This document shows positions 14,744 to 27,507 of a stretch of 64,000 nt of DNA, one piece after another. The notes under the pieces were generated by a model. That model did no database searches. It worked only from the letters and a program-made list of their open reading frames with translations, and was not told the origin of the DNA. The stretch's first letter is position 1. Each line of letters begins with the position of its first letter. This DNA comes from Eledone cirrhosa (Eukaryota), in assembly GCA_964016885.1 (NCBI GenBank), contig OZ024740.1, forward strand, positions 348,006,001 through 348,070,000, written 5' to 3'. The position numbers and the translations under genes were made by a program.

Positions 14744-14884
14744 ACGCCATGCTTTGACGCATAGAGTTACGGCTCTTGCCATTCTGAGTTCAAATCCCGC
14801 CGAGGTTAACTTTGCCTTTCATCCTTACGGTGTCGATAAAATAAAGTACCAGTAATGTACTGCGTAATTGCTGGCCGTGTGCCA
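14744..14884 (+). mobile_element. SINE S1, partial
   Basis: gagttcaaatcccgccgaggttaactttgcctttcatcc..gtcgataaaataaagtacc. Confidence 0.85.
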
Positions 14885-15056
14885 ATTCTTTTGTATGTAT
14901 AGGTTTTTATCTTTTTCTGGCTTGGCATTGTCCTTTTACTGCAAAGAATACTTCCCTTTCAGCTGTTAGTCGATATCTTTCAACGTTCTTTGAAAACTGC
15001 TGTTTATAATTTAATTTTCAAATAATTTTGAAATGAATCAAGAACATGAGGCAATG

Positions 15057-15092
<36 letters not shown>

Positions 15093-15165
15093 AGGGAGAA
15101 AGAGACGATTATGAGGAAGAAAAACATTTTTTTTTCCTTTTTCATGTATTTATATATATATATAC

Positions 15166-16046
15166 ATGATGGCTGCAAACATCGCCTGATAAATTGCTAA
15201 AATGTGAGGCACGAATGTGGCTCTTTAAACCAGCCAAAAACTTGCACCCTCTTGCACATATATGGCAACTCTAGGCTCTTCCGGGACTTTCCATTGCTTT
15301 GTTCTGGCTGTGTGTTCTCATGGGTCTTTTGAGACCTCACAAGCTAACATATTCTTTGCCACATTCCTTACACCTTTTCAGATCATAATCTACATAAGGT
15401 CTACTGATATGACTTTGTTCGTGTCTAATCAAACCAGCTTTATTCAGGCAGACTCGACATCAGTGCTCGCAAACCAGATGATGCTCAACAGCAGGCATTT
15501 CAGAACAGTCTCCTTTCCTTACCTTCTTTTTCAGTGTTAGCTGTTCTCTCCGACGACTTTCAAAGTGTTCACTACCTGACCTGATCAAATGTCTCCACTT
15601 CACACGCTCCTCGGCCATTTTTTCCCATTCGTCAGCTGAAATTCCAGCACAAGCCAAGGTCACCCTGACACAGTCCCGGTATCGCATTTTTGGTTTGTGT
15701 GGTTGTCGGCTTACCTCACACATTTCTCAGTAGAGATATTGCTTTGGAATGCGACCATCAGACATCCGGACCACGTGTCCACACCACCTCAACCGATACC
15801 GAAAGATCATGCTCTCTATAGCCACGCACCTGCTCCGTTCGAGAACTTCCAAATCCCTGACGAACATTTTCATGGCACCCCAAGTAACTTATGAAGAGAT
15901 TGTTGGTGAAATCTCGCCAGTTCCTTGAGGTGCTTTCTGTATGTGACCGACGTTTCACAAGCATAAAGCAAAGATGAGACGACACAAGTCAGATACACTT
16001 TCACCTTGGTTTCGATAGTGATAACTCGTCGGGACCATAAATGTTC
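15166..16046 (-). pseudogene. Second RTE LINE 3' fragment with C2H2 remnants
   Basis: HLWSRRVITIETKVKVYLTCVVSSLLYACET, QPHKPKMRYRD, CHICARGCKFLAGLKSHIRASH. Terminus gcagccatcatg; truncated at a (CA)n tract. Confidence 0.85.
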
Positions 16047-16138
<92 letters not shown>

Positions 16139-16449
16139 CACACACAGACATATATATATATGCATATATATATAATTTTCTCATTATGGAGTTGGTGTTT
16201 GGAACATAGTTCAAAAATCATAAATTATAATAATAATTGTTTCTACTTTTAGCACAAGGCCAGCAATTACTCAGTACATTACTGGTACTTTTAAATTATA
16301 ATAATAATGATATATAATGATATATATATAAACGGTTTAAAATAAAATATGATATATCATCGAACCCGGGATGGTTTCAGGTCTTTTCTATGAACAGGGG
16401 AAGGGTTCAGCTATGAGTGGAGTTTACTTATTCTTCTATGTATTATTAT

Positions 16450-16494
16450 GACGAGAATGTTGCTGATGATGATGAAGACAATGATGTACATGTG

Positions 16495-16526
<32 letters not shown>

Positions 16527-16841
16527 TGATGATGTTGATGATAGTGATGTTCATGATACTGTTGACGGCAGTGGTGATGACGACGACGACGACAATGATA
16601 ACAATGATGACAATGATGAAGACAAATATGAAGACGATGAAAATGATGCCGATGCTGACGATAACAACAATGCCGATGACACAGATGACGAGGACGACGT
16701 TAATGATGATGATGATCATCATCATCGCGATCATCATGATCTTCGTGATAGCGATGACAACGACGACAACGCCGACGACGTTGATGATGATGATGGTGAT
16801 GATGGTGATGACGATGACAACGCCGACAACGCCGACGACGT

Positions 16842-16876
<35 letters not shown>

Positions 16877-17434
16877 GTGAGGACGACGTGATGATGATGA
16901 TGATGGTGATGACGGTGATGATGGTGATGACGGTGACGACGACGTGATGATGATGATGGTGATGACGGTGATGACGGTGACGACGACGTGATGATGATGA
17001 TGATGATGATGATGATGTTGATGACGGTGACGACGGTGACGACTACGACGATGATGATGATGATGGTGATAGTCATGATGATGATGATGGTGATGGTGAT
17101 GGTGATGATGGTGATGGTGATGGTGATGGTGATGATGATGATGGTGATGATGATGGTGATGGTGATGGTGATGGTGATGATGGTGATGATGATGGTGATG
17201 GTGATGGTGATGGTGATGGTGATGATGGTGATGGTGATGGTGATGGTGATGGTGATGATGATGATGGTGATGGTGATGGTGATGGTGATGGTGATGATGG
17301 TGATGGTGATGATGTTGATGACGGTGACGACGGTGACGACGACGATGATGATGATGATGGTGATAGTCATGATGATGATGATGGTGATGGTCATGGTCAT
17401 GGTGATGATGGTGATGGTGATGATGATGATGATG
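16450..17434. repeat. Degenerate (GAT/GAC/GGT)n trinucleotide array with internal block duplications
   Basis: About 1 kb of GAT-based repeat. The block gatgttgatgacggtgacgacggtgacgac..gtgatagtcatgatg occurs at about 17014 and about 17311. Confidence 0.95.
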
Positions 17435-17644
17435 TGCAGTTTAATGACAGGGGTAGGCAGAAATTACTTCTTTGTTAAAAAAAAAGAATTGTTGATTTCT
17501 AGAGAAACATTCTGACAATTTCGGTCGTTCATGCATTAGCGAGATAAGAGAGCGGGAAGATGGAGAGAGGGTGACATATATAGAGTGAGAACTTCGAGAG
17601 AGTAACAATTGGCGGAGTTAGAAAGCGTAAGTAGATGAGCGAGA

Positions 17645-17693
<49 letters not shown>

Positions 17694-17895
17694 GTGAAGT
17701 ACGGAAGGAAGACGTAGACTAAGACAAGGTTATGACCTGAGCACAGCATGTACTCTGTATGCTTGTTATGATTTTAACTTCACTTGTTATATTGTTTATA
17801 TTAAAACATGTTGTTTATACACCTATATATGTGTGAGTGTGAATGTGTGTGCTTGTATGTGTAGAACTGTCACCACTCAACAGCGGTATTGCGAT

Positions 17896-17976
<81 letters not shown>

Positions 17977-18086
17977 ACATACATATATATATATATATAT
18001 GTACCCGTGTAGGACATTTTAAAAGACCTTACTTTCTTATATATATATATTCTGTCATTACTACAACAGGTCCAACGAACTTTTGA

Positions 18087-18530
18087 TTCCAGAGTCGGGC
18101 CAGATCGATATAGATCGAACCTTGAGCTGATCAATAGCGAAACGCGCGTCATCAATCAATGAAGGTTTAACCAATCGTCCTTGTATTATTAAATTGATTT
18201 CTTATACAGGCACATGGCCAGTGATTTTGCGGGAGGGGTAAAGTCGATTAAATCGACCCCAGTGTGTGACTGGTACTTTATTTTATCGACCCCGTGAGGA
18301 TGAAAGGCAAAGTTAATCTCGGCGGGATTTGAACTCAGATCATAAAGGGCCGTAACTCTTTGCTGCAAAGCATGGCGTCCGACTCTCTAGCGATACTGCC
18401 AATCCACCGCCCTCCTTGTATTATTATATTACACTCTTTCTATCTCTACACCTCGCTACTGAGGTGAACCTAAACATGGAGTGCTCGCCTGGGTGAACCT
18501 ACAGTAACTTTGCTCCCTGGTAATGTTTCT
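18087..18530 (+). mobile_element. PLE pLTR stub, family E, interrupted by a SINE
   Basis: gcgaaacgcgcgtcatcaatcaatgaa; homologous to 7297-7410 (minus strand). Continues after the SINE into a tail with gagtgc at 18479. Confidence 0.6.
18192..18412 (-). mobile_element. Full-length tRNA-derived SINE with 14-bp TSD
   Basis: The reverse complement begins ggcggtggattggcagtatcgctagag..gagttcaaatccc. TSD tccttgtattatta at 18178-18191 and 18413-18426. Confidence 0.92.
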
Positions 18531-18808
18531 CTCTATATTTTTTTTATAAACTTACATTTTAGACTTACCTATCTGCGATTAATTGATTATTTGTCTATTT
18601 AATTTCTACGGACTAAGAGGAAAGACTAGGTAAATTTTGTCTGACTGTTCCTCATAAAGGAAAATCGATAACATTTATTTGTTATTTCTTGAAAGTTACA
18701 TCTTAAACTTAGCCCCGTTTAATTTATTGTTTATCTGGTTGATTCTACGGACTAAGGAGAAAAAATTGGATAAACTTTGTTTATGTATTCTTCAAACTTA
18801 TATATATA

Positions 18809-20750
18809 AGCACCCTGGACGCCTTCGTCGATGCCAGCCGTAGCGCAGTAAATCGTTTCGACTTCCGCCACCGTTCCCAACGGCACAACATCTCACGGGG
18901 CGAACTCCTCGCTCTCCGCTCCCTCCGTAGCCGAGATGACATCGTCATCAAACCGGCGGACAAGGGAGGCGCCGTGGTGGTATGGCGCGCGGACCTCTAC
19001 ACGGCCGAAGCCCTCAGGCAGCTCTCTAACCCCCTCTTTTACCGCCCTCTACCCTCCGATCCCACCCCCCTCTACCAACAACAAGTCTCCTCCACCATCA
19101 AAGACCTTATCGCCTCCTCCCTCCTCCCCCCCACCGCTTCCCACCTCATCGTCCGCACCCCCCGCACCCCCACCATCTACTTCCTCCCCAAACTCTACAA
19201 ACCCGACAACCCCGGCCGCCCCATCGTCTCCGCTTGCAACTGCCCCACCGAACTCATCTCCGCCTTTCTCGACTCCCTCCTCGCCCCCCTTGTCACCACC
19301 CTCCCCTCCCACATCTCCGACACCAACCACGCCCTGCGCCTTTTCGACTCCTTCACCTACCTACCCAGCCCTCAGCCATTCCTCTTCACCCTAGACATCA
19401 AGTCCCTCTATACCGTCATCCCCCACGCCGACGGCCTTCGCGCCCTCAAACACTACCTCGACCTTCGCCCCTCCCCCATTCCCTCCACCCCCACCCTCCT
19501 TCGCCTCGCCGAGCTGGTCCTCACCCTAAATTGTTTCTCCTTCTCGGGTGAGTTTTACCAACAGGTCACGGGGGTAGCCATGGGCACAAGAATGGGCCCG
19601 AACTATGCCAACCTTTTTGTTGGCCATGTTGAGGCCCAAATCTTTGCCCAGTACACCGGCTCCACGCCCGAACTGTACGGTCGTTACATTGACGACTGTA
19701 TCGGAGCCACGACCCTCACCCGAGTACAGCTCGACTCCTTTCTCTCCTTCTTCTGCTCCTTCCACCCCTCCCTCCACTTCACCACCTCTATCTCCACCAC
19801 CCACGTCCACTTCTTAGACATCTCCGTCGTCTTCGTCACCTCCGCCTTCTTCAACCCACCGACTCCCACTCTTACCTCGACTTCACCTCTTCCCACCCCA
19901 CCCACACTAAACTCTCCATTCCCTACTCCCAACTTCTCAGGATCCGCCGCCTCTGTAGCCGTGATGCTGACTTCGAGTCCCAGGCCCTTTCCCTAGTCAG
20001 CCATTTCACCCGCAGAGGTTACCCCCCCTCTCTCGTCTACACCGCTCTCACCCGCGCCCGTGCTATCCCCCGCTCCACCACCCTCACCCCACGCCACCGC
20101 ACACCCACCCACCGTCTCCCCTTCCCCATCACCTACCACTCCTCCACCTTACCCCTCCACCTTACCCCTCCACCGCACCATCCGCCGCCTCTTCCGACGC
20201 CTCCAGTCCGACCCCTCCACCTCCCACATCTTCCCAACCCCACCACTCCCCTCCTTCAAACGCGCACGCAATCTCCGCACCCTCCTCGTCCACAGCTCCC
20301 TACCCCCCAACCCACGCTCCGGTTCCCCCCCCCGGTTCCTTCCCCTGTTCAAGGCTCCGCTGCAACACCTGTCCCCACATCACCAACACCACCACCTTCC
20401 AGGGTCCCAACGGCCACTCTCTCTCGGTCCGGCATGCCTTCCGCTGCACCTCATCCAACCTAGTCTACGGACTTCGTTGCACGGAGTGCAGCGCGACTTA
20501 TGTCGGACAGACGAGACGTCGCCTGGCGGACCGAGTCACGGAGCACCTCCGGGATATTCGTCTCGGGGGCAGTTCCCCCATCGCCCGCCACTTTGGTGGT
20601 CCTGGACACTCCGCACGCCATCTCACAGTCTGTGGCCTACTCCAGTGCCACGGAACACCCGCCCATCGCCTTACGGTCGAACAACGCACTATCTTCATCT
20701 TACAGACCCACACTCCCCCCGGCCTGAACTCCCCACCCTTATTCCTTTAG
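18809..20750 (+). pseudogene. PLE reverse transcriptase plus C-terminal GIY-YIG endonuclease, frameshifted
   Basis: VIKPADKGGAVVV, FLPKLYKPDNPGRPIVS, FTLDIKSLYT, GVAMGT, YGRYIDDC, FLDI. In shifted frames, PCSRLRCNTCPH..CTSSNLVYGLRCTECSATYVGQTRRRLADRVTEH..GLN. Lesions near 19830-19855, a 13-bp duplication near 20147-20172, and a lesion near 20330. Confidence 0.92.
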
Positions 20751-22096
20751 CGTTCGACCGCCCCCCTCCCCCCACACTTATCCCCCACTAACACCACTAA
20801 CACACCCCTCCTTTTCACCGCCCACCCCACACTAACAATACTAACACCTCCACTCCACCCCTCATCTGACCACCCTTCCCCAACTAACATACTAACATCC
20901 CTTCCCTCCCCTCTTCTCCTCCTCCCACCTCCTTATCACACGCACACACGCACCCACTTACACCACCCACCCCACACGCAACTAACATCACTAAGACCCC
21001 CCAACCCCACGTACACGTACCCACACACCCTCGTACACCACCAACTCTACACACCCTACCACCACTAACCCCCACTCACACCTGCATTCCACCCCTCCCC
21101 ACCTCCCGTATACTAACACCCACTAACACCTCTTCACCAAACTACACACACACCAGTACACCACACTCCCTCCATAGAACCACACACACCCTTCTCTCCC
21201 CGCCCCACACTCACTCATCCCACTAACACCCCTACTAATACACACACACACATACACCCTCCCCACTCCAACTCTCACACCTACCCATCCTCGCCTCCCT
21301 ACCATTCCGCCGACTGCTGCTATGCCCTTCCGACCACCTCTCAGCACCAACTGACTACAGCACTCCCACTGCTGACCACTTCCTGTTGCGCGCGCACCCC
21401 ACATCTCTCCTCTTCCGACCACTGCTTCTTGGTTTACCCACACGCGAAATTGACTTCTAACCAAATCTCCAAACATCCGTGGAACTTACCAACTTTTCAA
21501 CCATCCTCTTACACCATCACCTATATAGCTCACCCACACACACACCCCAAAAAACATTTTTTTTATCCACACGCCACCCACACCCACAACACGCTTAAAC
21601 CACACACACGTGCTTCCCACCACATATTTACACCCTCAGCCTCCTGATTCCTCCCCCCACCCCCTATCCACACACGCACAGACACTCCGACCCACAAAAA
21701 CACCCCCCACACACACCTTCCTGAACATGCAACCCCGTTCTTCCCCCAACCCTCACTTTCACATACACACACACACACGCACACCTAACCACACACACCA
21801 CCTTCAGTCCTCCCCGCTCGGACACCCCGTCTCCCTCTCCCCACTCCACCCGCCACCACCCCTACTCACCCCACACCCTTCCACCACCTGTTTACCCCCC
21901 TTTTAATTTCAGTTTATTTTGATCATGCCTTTATTTTTAAATTTTCTCATTCCTTGTATTTTGATCATGCTTTATTTTTATTTATTATATTTTTTGTCTT
22001 TATTTGTTAATTTTTCGTTCGCACCGTTTCCTTTCGCTATATGTCTCTCCACCACTCCCCTACACACCTTTTGAACTCTGTTCCCACACACTTCTC

Positions 22097-22128
22097 ACAT
22101 GAAGAAGGGCTTATGCCCGAAACGTCGT
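22097..22128 (+). ncRNA. Minimal hammerhead-like ribozyme motif (variant core) in the Neptune pLTR
   Basis: ac-ATGAAGA-a-gggc-ttat-gccc-GAAA-cg-TC-gt. The first core base is A instead of C. Confidence 0.55.
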
Positions 22129-22233
22129 CCCCCACCTACCCCCCACTCTCCTGAGCGTGAATTTAATAAACATTTATTGTACTGCCTCTCTGTTCTGTCC
22201 CTGTTCAATTTTTCATTATATATATATATATAT

Positions 22234-22923
22234 ATAATTAAAAGACATTTTCCCACATCACACAAATACCACAAAATCCTAAACCCTACCACTATAAGAC
22301 TGTCATACTCTACAGCGTTAAACCTTGAACAACACATAAAAAAGATCAATACTAGAAGGTTAAACGAAAACACTAAGAACTTAAGTACAAAGAACACAAA
22401 AAAAACAGTAGACAATACACTACAGAACATAAATAAACCACACCTAAGTTCGTCCGCAATACTACTCCAGAGAAAACCCAACGTACACAACTGTAACTGC
22501 ACCTATCCTGACAACTGCCCCCTCGGCAATAACTGCCTGGAAAAAAATATTATTTATAAGTGTACCATTAAATCCGGAGGCAACGAGTGGTATTACGTGG
22601 GATCAACGGCAACAACGTTTAAATCTCGATTGTATAGGCATTCTTACTCAATAAAACACCAGAGCCAAAGAAATGTAACAACTCTAGCAGAAAAAGCTTG
22701 GACGCTCAGGGATAGCGATCAAAAGTTTACCCTAAAATGGGAAAAATTAGCTAAAACCCAAAGCTTTTCCAGGAGCCAAAATTTCTGCAAATTGTGTAAT
22801 CTTGAGATTTATTACATAATCACACACAAGAAGAAACTGCTGAATAACAGAATTGAACGAACATTATTCTGCCGCCACAGAACTAAAACCCTTTTTTCCC
22901 ACTACAAGCCGAATATTACATAA
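22234..22923 (+). pseudogene. Duplicated C-terminal (GIY-YIG) part of the PLE ORF in the upstream pLTR
   Basis: IIKRHFP..SYS..CNCTYPDNCPLGNNCLEKNIIYKC..YYVGST..FKSR..H..CKLCNLE..CRHR. Open, with A8 at the homopolymer. Confidence 0.9.
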
Positions 22924-23238
22924 AAGAGGGACATCCCCCAACTATATAAACCTTAATCTAGTTAGAAAAATATAAAAACAATCTCTTCTCAACATATATT
23001 AATAACCTTAAATTACCATACTAATAATGAACAGATATGCTGATGAGAATAGGTACAAATATGCGATAATGAATGTGTCTAAAAACGTCCATAAGTATGT
23101 ATATATATGTGAAAATGTATATAAATAAGTAAATATATATATATGTTTGATGTGTATAGTTAGATGTAAGTGTATTCATGTATTAAAGTGCTTATATATA
23201 TATATATATGTATATGTGTGTATATGTATGTATGTGTA

Positions 23239-23329
<91 letters not shown>

Positions 23330-23879
23330 GTGTATATGGATGTGTATGTATGTGTATGTGTGTACACATGGACTAGAGTATGTATGTATATATGTGTGTG
23401 TCTATACGTGTGTATATAAAGATAAGTTGAGTATGAAAATGTATACACATGAGCGCGTATGTATGTACATAAATACATGTGTGTATATATGTGTATGCAT
23501 GTGTATATATATGTAAGTATGAATATGTGAATTGTGTGTATATGTATTTTGTAGAGGTGTGCAAATATATTTGTGTGTGAATGCGTGGGTGAAAGGATAC
23601 GTACACTTGAAAGAAAAATTTAAGTCTGAATGTTAATTAAGTGCAAACACAAAACCAACCACGCATATCTTCACTATCTCTAATCCTTCTATAGATTTAG
23701 AAAAATAACCAATAATATATTCTATAAAAAATGTCAAAACAACAGATGGGAATCTAATTACTCACTGCCACCAAGAATTCTCACTGCTATCGAAAAACCA
23801 CTCCTTCAACTATTCTTCTAACAACTTCACCCCTCCCTCCTAATATTCTCTATAAAAACTAAATAGGTCCTCAGTAATA

Positions 23880-23997
23880 TTATTCTGATGAAATGACAGT
23901 AAATAATAACATTGAAATATTGAATGTCTGCATAACTAAAAGTTTGTAGATAGCTGTTTTAGGTTATGTAACTGTTATAGAAACACGTGTCAATAAA
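23880..23997 (+). ncRNA. Type I hammerhead ribozyme with extended branched stem II (pLTR copy 1)
   Basis: ttatt-CTGATGA-a-atgacagt...actgttat-a-GAAA-cacgtg-TC-aataa(a). Palindromic stem III, GUC cleavage triplet, overlapping AATAAA. Confidence 0.8.
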
Positions 23998-24200
23998 TTC
24001 CTTTCAACTAAACTGTATCCATTCAAATCTTTCTATTTTTCTCCGGATTACTTTTGGAACTACAAATGGAACCGTCGAGCAAACTCTACGTGAGCTGATA
24101 ATCTACTGTGTGTAATATTTATATTACAACACAACGGAAAATACTGTATATTTACCTCCTGTAAAGTCGAGCAACCCACACAGCAAACGCAACCACAACA

Positions 24201-26523
24201 ATGGAAAAACACTACCTGGATATGTCACTCAAAAACATACCAACCCAGGGTAGAAAGGAATATTTATTGAGCATGATTCAAAAAACTAATGAATTCATTC
24301 GACGTGTCAGGTGGAAAACGCTCCACTATGATAGAAGCCGTATGAACTCAACATTAGAAAGTGGTGTAAACAACAAATTCGGTTTTAGGACTTGTAAAAA
24401 CCCACCCACCAACCCACTATTAGATGCATTTGAGCAGGACCTTATGAACTTAATCCTTAAAATTAAATTCAAAGGACGCAACACCAACAGCAAATTACAG
24501 AAAGATATAAAAAAACTACTGGACGACCTTAAAAACACCAAAGGAATTGTAGTAAAAGCGGACAAAACATCAAACCTGTACACTATGGATTGCACTACAT
24601 ACAACAACTTCATTCGAAAAGAATTACATAAAAAATATAGAAAAACGAGTGAAGTAACCCTTAAGCACATCAATGATGAGGCATGCGAAATAGTGAAAAA
24701 TCTCGGAATCGAAGATAGGACAGGACCACTCTTACCGGCGGTACCCACCTTCAATCTTAAGGACCACAAGGTAAACTTTGATAATGACCCTAAAATTAGA
24801 TTAATCTGCCCCTCTAAATCAGATATAGGTAAAATAAGCAAATATATCTTAGATAGAATCATCCCCCAAATTAAGGCTAAGGTTAACATTAAACTCTGGG
24901 GGAAGACCCAGGAAGCAATAAGATGGTTTAATAGCATTAGCAATAATAATAAATCTAAGTTTATCCAGTTTGATATCGATGAATATTACTCATCGATATC
25001 ACCTGAAACTTTGAATAGAGCCATTAAGTTTGCTAAGGATAACTCTGACCTTACAAACGATGAAATTAAGATTATATTAGAAGCTAGGAAAACTATAGTC
25101 AAATTTGAGAACAGTTATTGGGTACGTAAAGATAGACCCTCTAACTTTGACATAACAATGGGCTCTAACGATTCGGCGGAAATAACTGATATTGTGGGGT
25201 TATTTATCGCCTTTAGACTCCAGGAAAAATTCAGCAATCTCCACGGCGGAATATACCGCGACGATGTTCTCCTCCTAGCTAAAAACCTTAATAACCAAAA
25301 ACTAGAAAAACTACGCAAAGATATAAGAAAACTACTACTCGAAATAGGACTAACTATAACATATGAATACAACCTTAAAGTAGTTAACTTCCTGGATGTC
25401 ACACTCAATTTAAACTCTGGTTTGATTAAACCGTTTCATAAATTGAATGAAAATCTCAAATACGTAAATGTTGGGTCTAACCACCCCTTCTCTATAATTA
25501 AATCTATCCCTAAAAATATTTCCCTTAGAATCTCGGGTCTATCTTCTAACATACAAGTATTTAAGGAACACGCCGAGTACTACGATAACGCCCTTAGTAA
25601 AGCAGGCTACCTCAACAAAATAGAGTACATAGATGGGAACAATCAAAACACCCAAAATAAATCCCACATAGGTAGATATAATAACACAACACCAAACCAC
25701 ACTTACTACCATAGTATGCACACCAGTAAACCAACAAACAAAACTAATAGAAAGCGATGCAAAGAGTACTTATGGTATAACCCCGAATACAATAGCTCCA
25801 TTAGTACAAATTTACCAGTACTCTTCTTTAAAATAATTAAAAGACATTTTCCCACATCACACAAATACCACAAAATCCTAAACCCTACCACTATAAGACT
25901 GTCATACTCTACAGCGTTAAACCTTGAACAACACATAAAAAAGATCAATACTAGAAGGTTAAACGAAAACACTAAGAACTTAAGTACAAAGAACACAAAA
26001 AAAAACAGTAGACAATACACTACAGAACATAAATAAACCACACCTAAGTTCGTCCGCAATACTACTCCAGAGAAAACCTAACGTACACAACTGTAACTGC
26101 ACCTATCCTGACAACTGCCCCCTCGGCAATAACTGCCTGGAAAAAAATATTATTTATAAGTGTACCATTAAATCCGGAGGCAACGAGTGGTATTACGTGG
26201 GATCAACGGCAACAACGTTTAAATCTCGATTGTATAGGCATTCTTACTCAATAAAACACCAGAGCCAAAGAAATGTAACAACTCTAGCAGAAAAAGCTTG
26301 GACGCTCAGGGATAGCGATCAAAAGTTTACCCTAAAATGGGAAAAATTAGCTAAAACCCAAAGCTTTTCCAGGAGCCAAAATTTCTGCAAATTGTGTAAT
26401 CTTGAGATTTATTACATAATCACACACAAGAAGAAACTGCTGAATAACAGAATTGAACGAACATTATTCTGCCGCCACAGAACTAAAACCCTTTTTTCCC
26501 ACTACAAGCCGAATATTACATAA
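24201..26523 (+). CDS. PLE RT plus GIY-YIG polyprotein (773 aa if one extra A at about 25997-26005 is removed)
   Basis: VVKADKTSN, IQFDIDEYYSSI, FDITMGSNDSAE, GIYRDDVL, VNFLDVT, SNHP, WYNP, then a CxC..CP..C linker and IIY..YVG GIY-YIG. The only lesion is A9 versus A8 in the upstream copy. Confidence 0.88.
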
Positions 26524-26838
26524 AAGAGGGACATCCCCCAACTATATAAACCTTAATCTAGTTAGAAAAATATAAAAACAATCTCTTCTCAACATATATT
26601 AATAACCTTAAATTACCATACTAATATTGAACAGATATGCTGATGAGAATAGGTACAAATATGCGATAATGAATGTGTCTAAAAACGTCCATAAGTATGT
26701 ATATATATGTGAAAATGTATATAAATAAGTAAATATATATATATGTTTGATGTGTATAGTTAGATGTAAGTGTATTCATGTATTAAAGTGCCTATATATA
26801 TATATATATGTATATGTGTGTATATGTATGTATGTGTA

Positions 26839-26957
<119 letters not shown>

Positions 26958-27507
26958 GTGTATATGGATGTGTATGTATGTGTATGTGTGTACACATGGA
27001 CTAGAGTATGTATGTATATATGTGTGTGTCTATACGTGTGTATATAAAGATAAGTTGAGTATGAAAATGTATACACATGAGCGCGTATGTATGTACATAA
27101 ATACATGTGTGTATATATGTGTATGCATGTGTATATATATGTAAGTATGAATATGTGAATTGTGTGTATATGTATTTTGTAGAGGTGTGCAAATATATTT
27201 GTGTGTGAATGCGTGGGTGAAAGGATACGTACACTTGAAAGAAAAATTTAAGTCTGAATGTTAATTAAGTGCAAACACAAAACCAACCACGCATATCTTC
27301 ACTATCTCTAATCCTTCTATAGATTTAGAAAAATAACCAATAATATATTCTATAAAAAATGTCAAAACAACAGATGGGAATCTAATTACTCACTGCCACC
27401 AAGAATTCTCACTGCTATCGAAAAACCACTCCTTCAACTATTCTTCTAACAACTTCACCCCTCCCTCCTAATATTCTCTATAAAAACTAAATAGGTCCTC
27501 AGTAATA

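Larger units (their letters stand above)
18809..22217 (+). mobile_element. Neptune-type Penelope-like retroelement, 5'-truncated, extremely C-rich, flanked by (TA)n
   Basis: PLE RT and GIY-YIG coding region, a 3' region of about 1.45 kb, a hammerhead-like motif and AATAAA near the end. TA repeats at 18798-18808 and 22217-22235. Confidence 0.9.

Noticed and set aside
20787-21239. CRISPR-like or telomeric array
   Set aside because: The motif is only 6 nt with irregular spacing, is not CCCTAA, and lies in a eukaryotic retroelement UTR.
22099-22923. 274-aa ORF as a stand-alone GIY-YIG gene
   Set aside because: It is a chance fusion of the Neptune pLTR end, a TA tract and the duplicated 3' part of the second PLE.
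24066-24200. Possible upstream ATG exon spliced (gtgagc..ag) onto the PLE ORF
   Set aside because: None of the three nearby AG acceptors (24166, 24171, 24183) puts the upstream ATG in frame with 24201.
24201-26523. Selenoprotein-type (Naiad) PLE
   Set aside because: The endonuclease is C-terminal and no in-frame TGA is present; Naiads have an N-terminal endonuclease.
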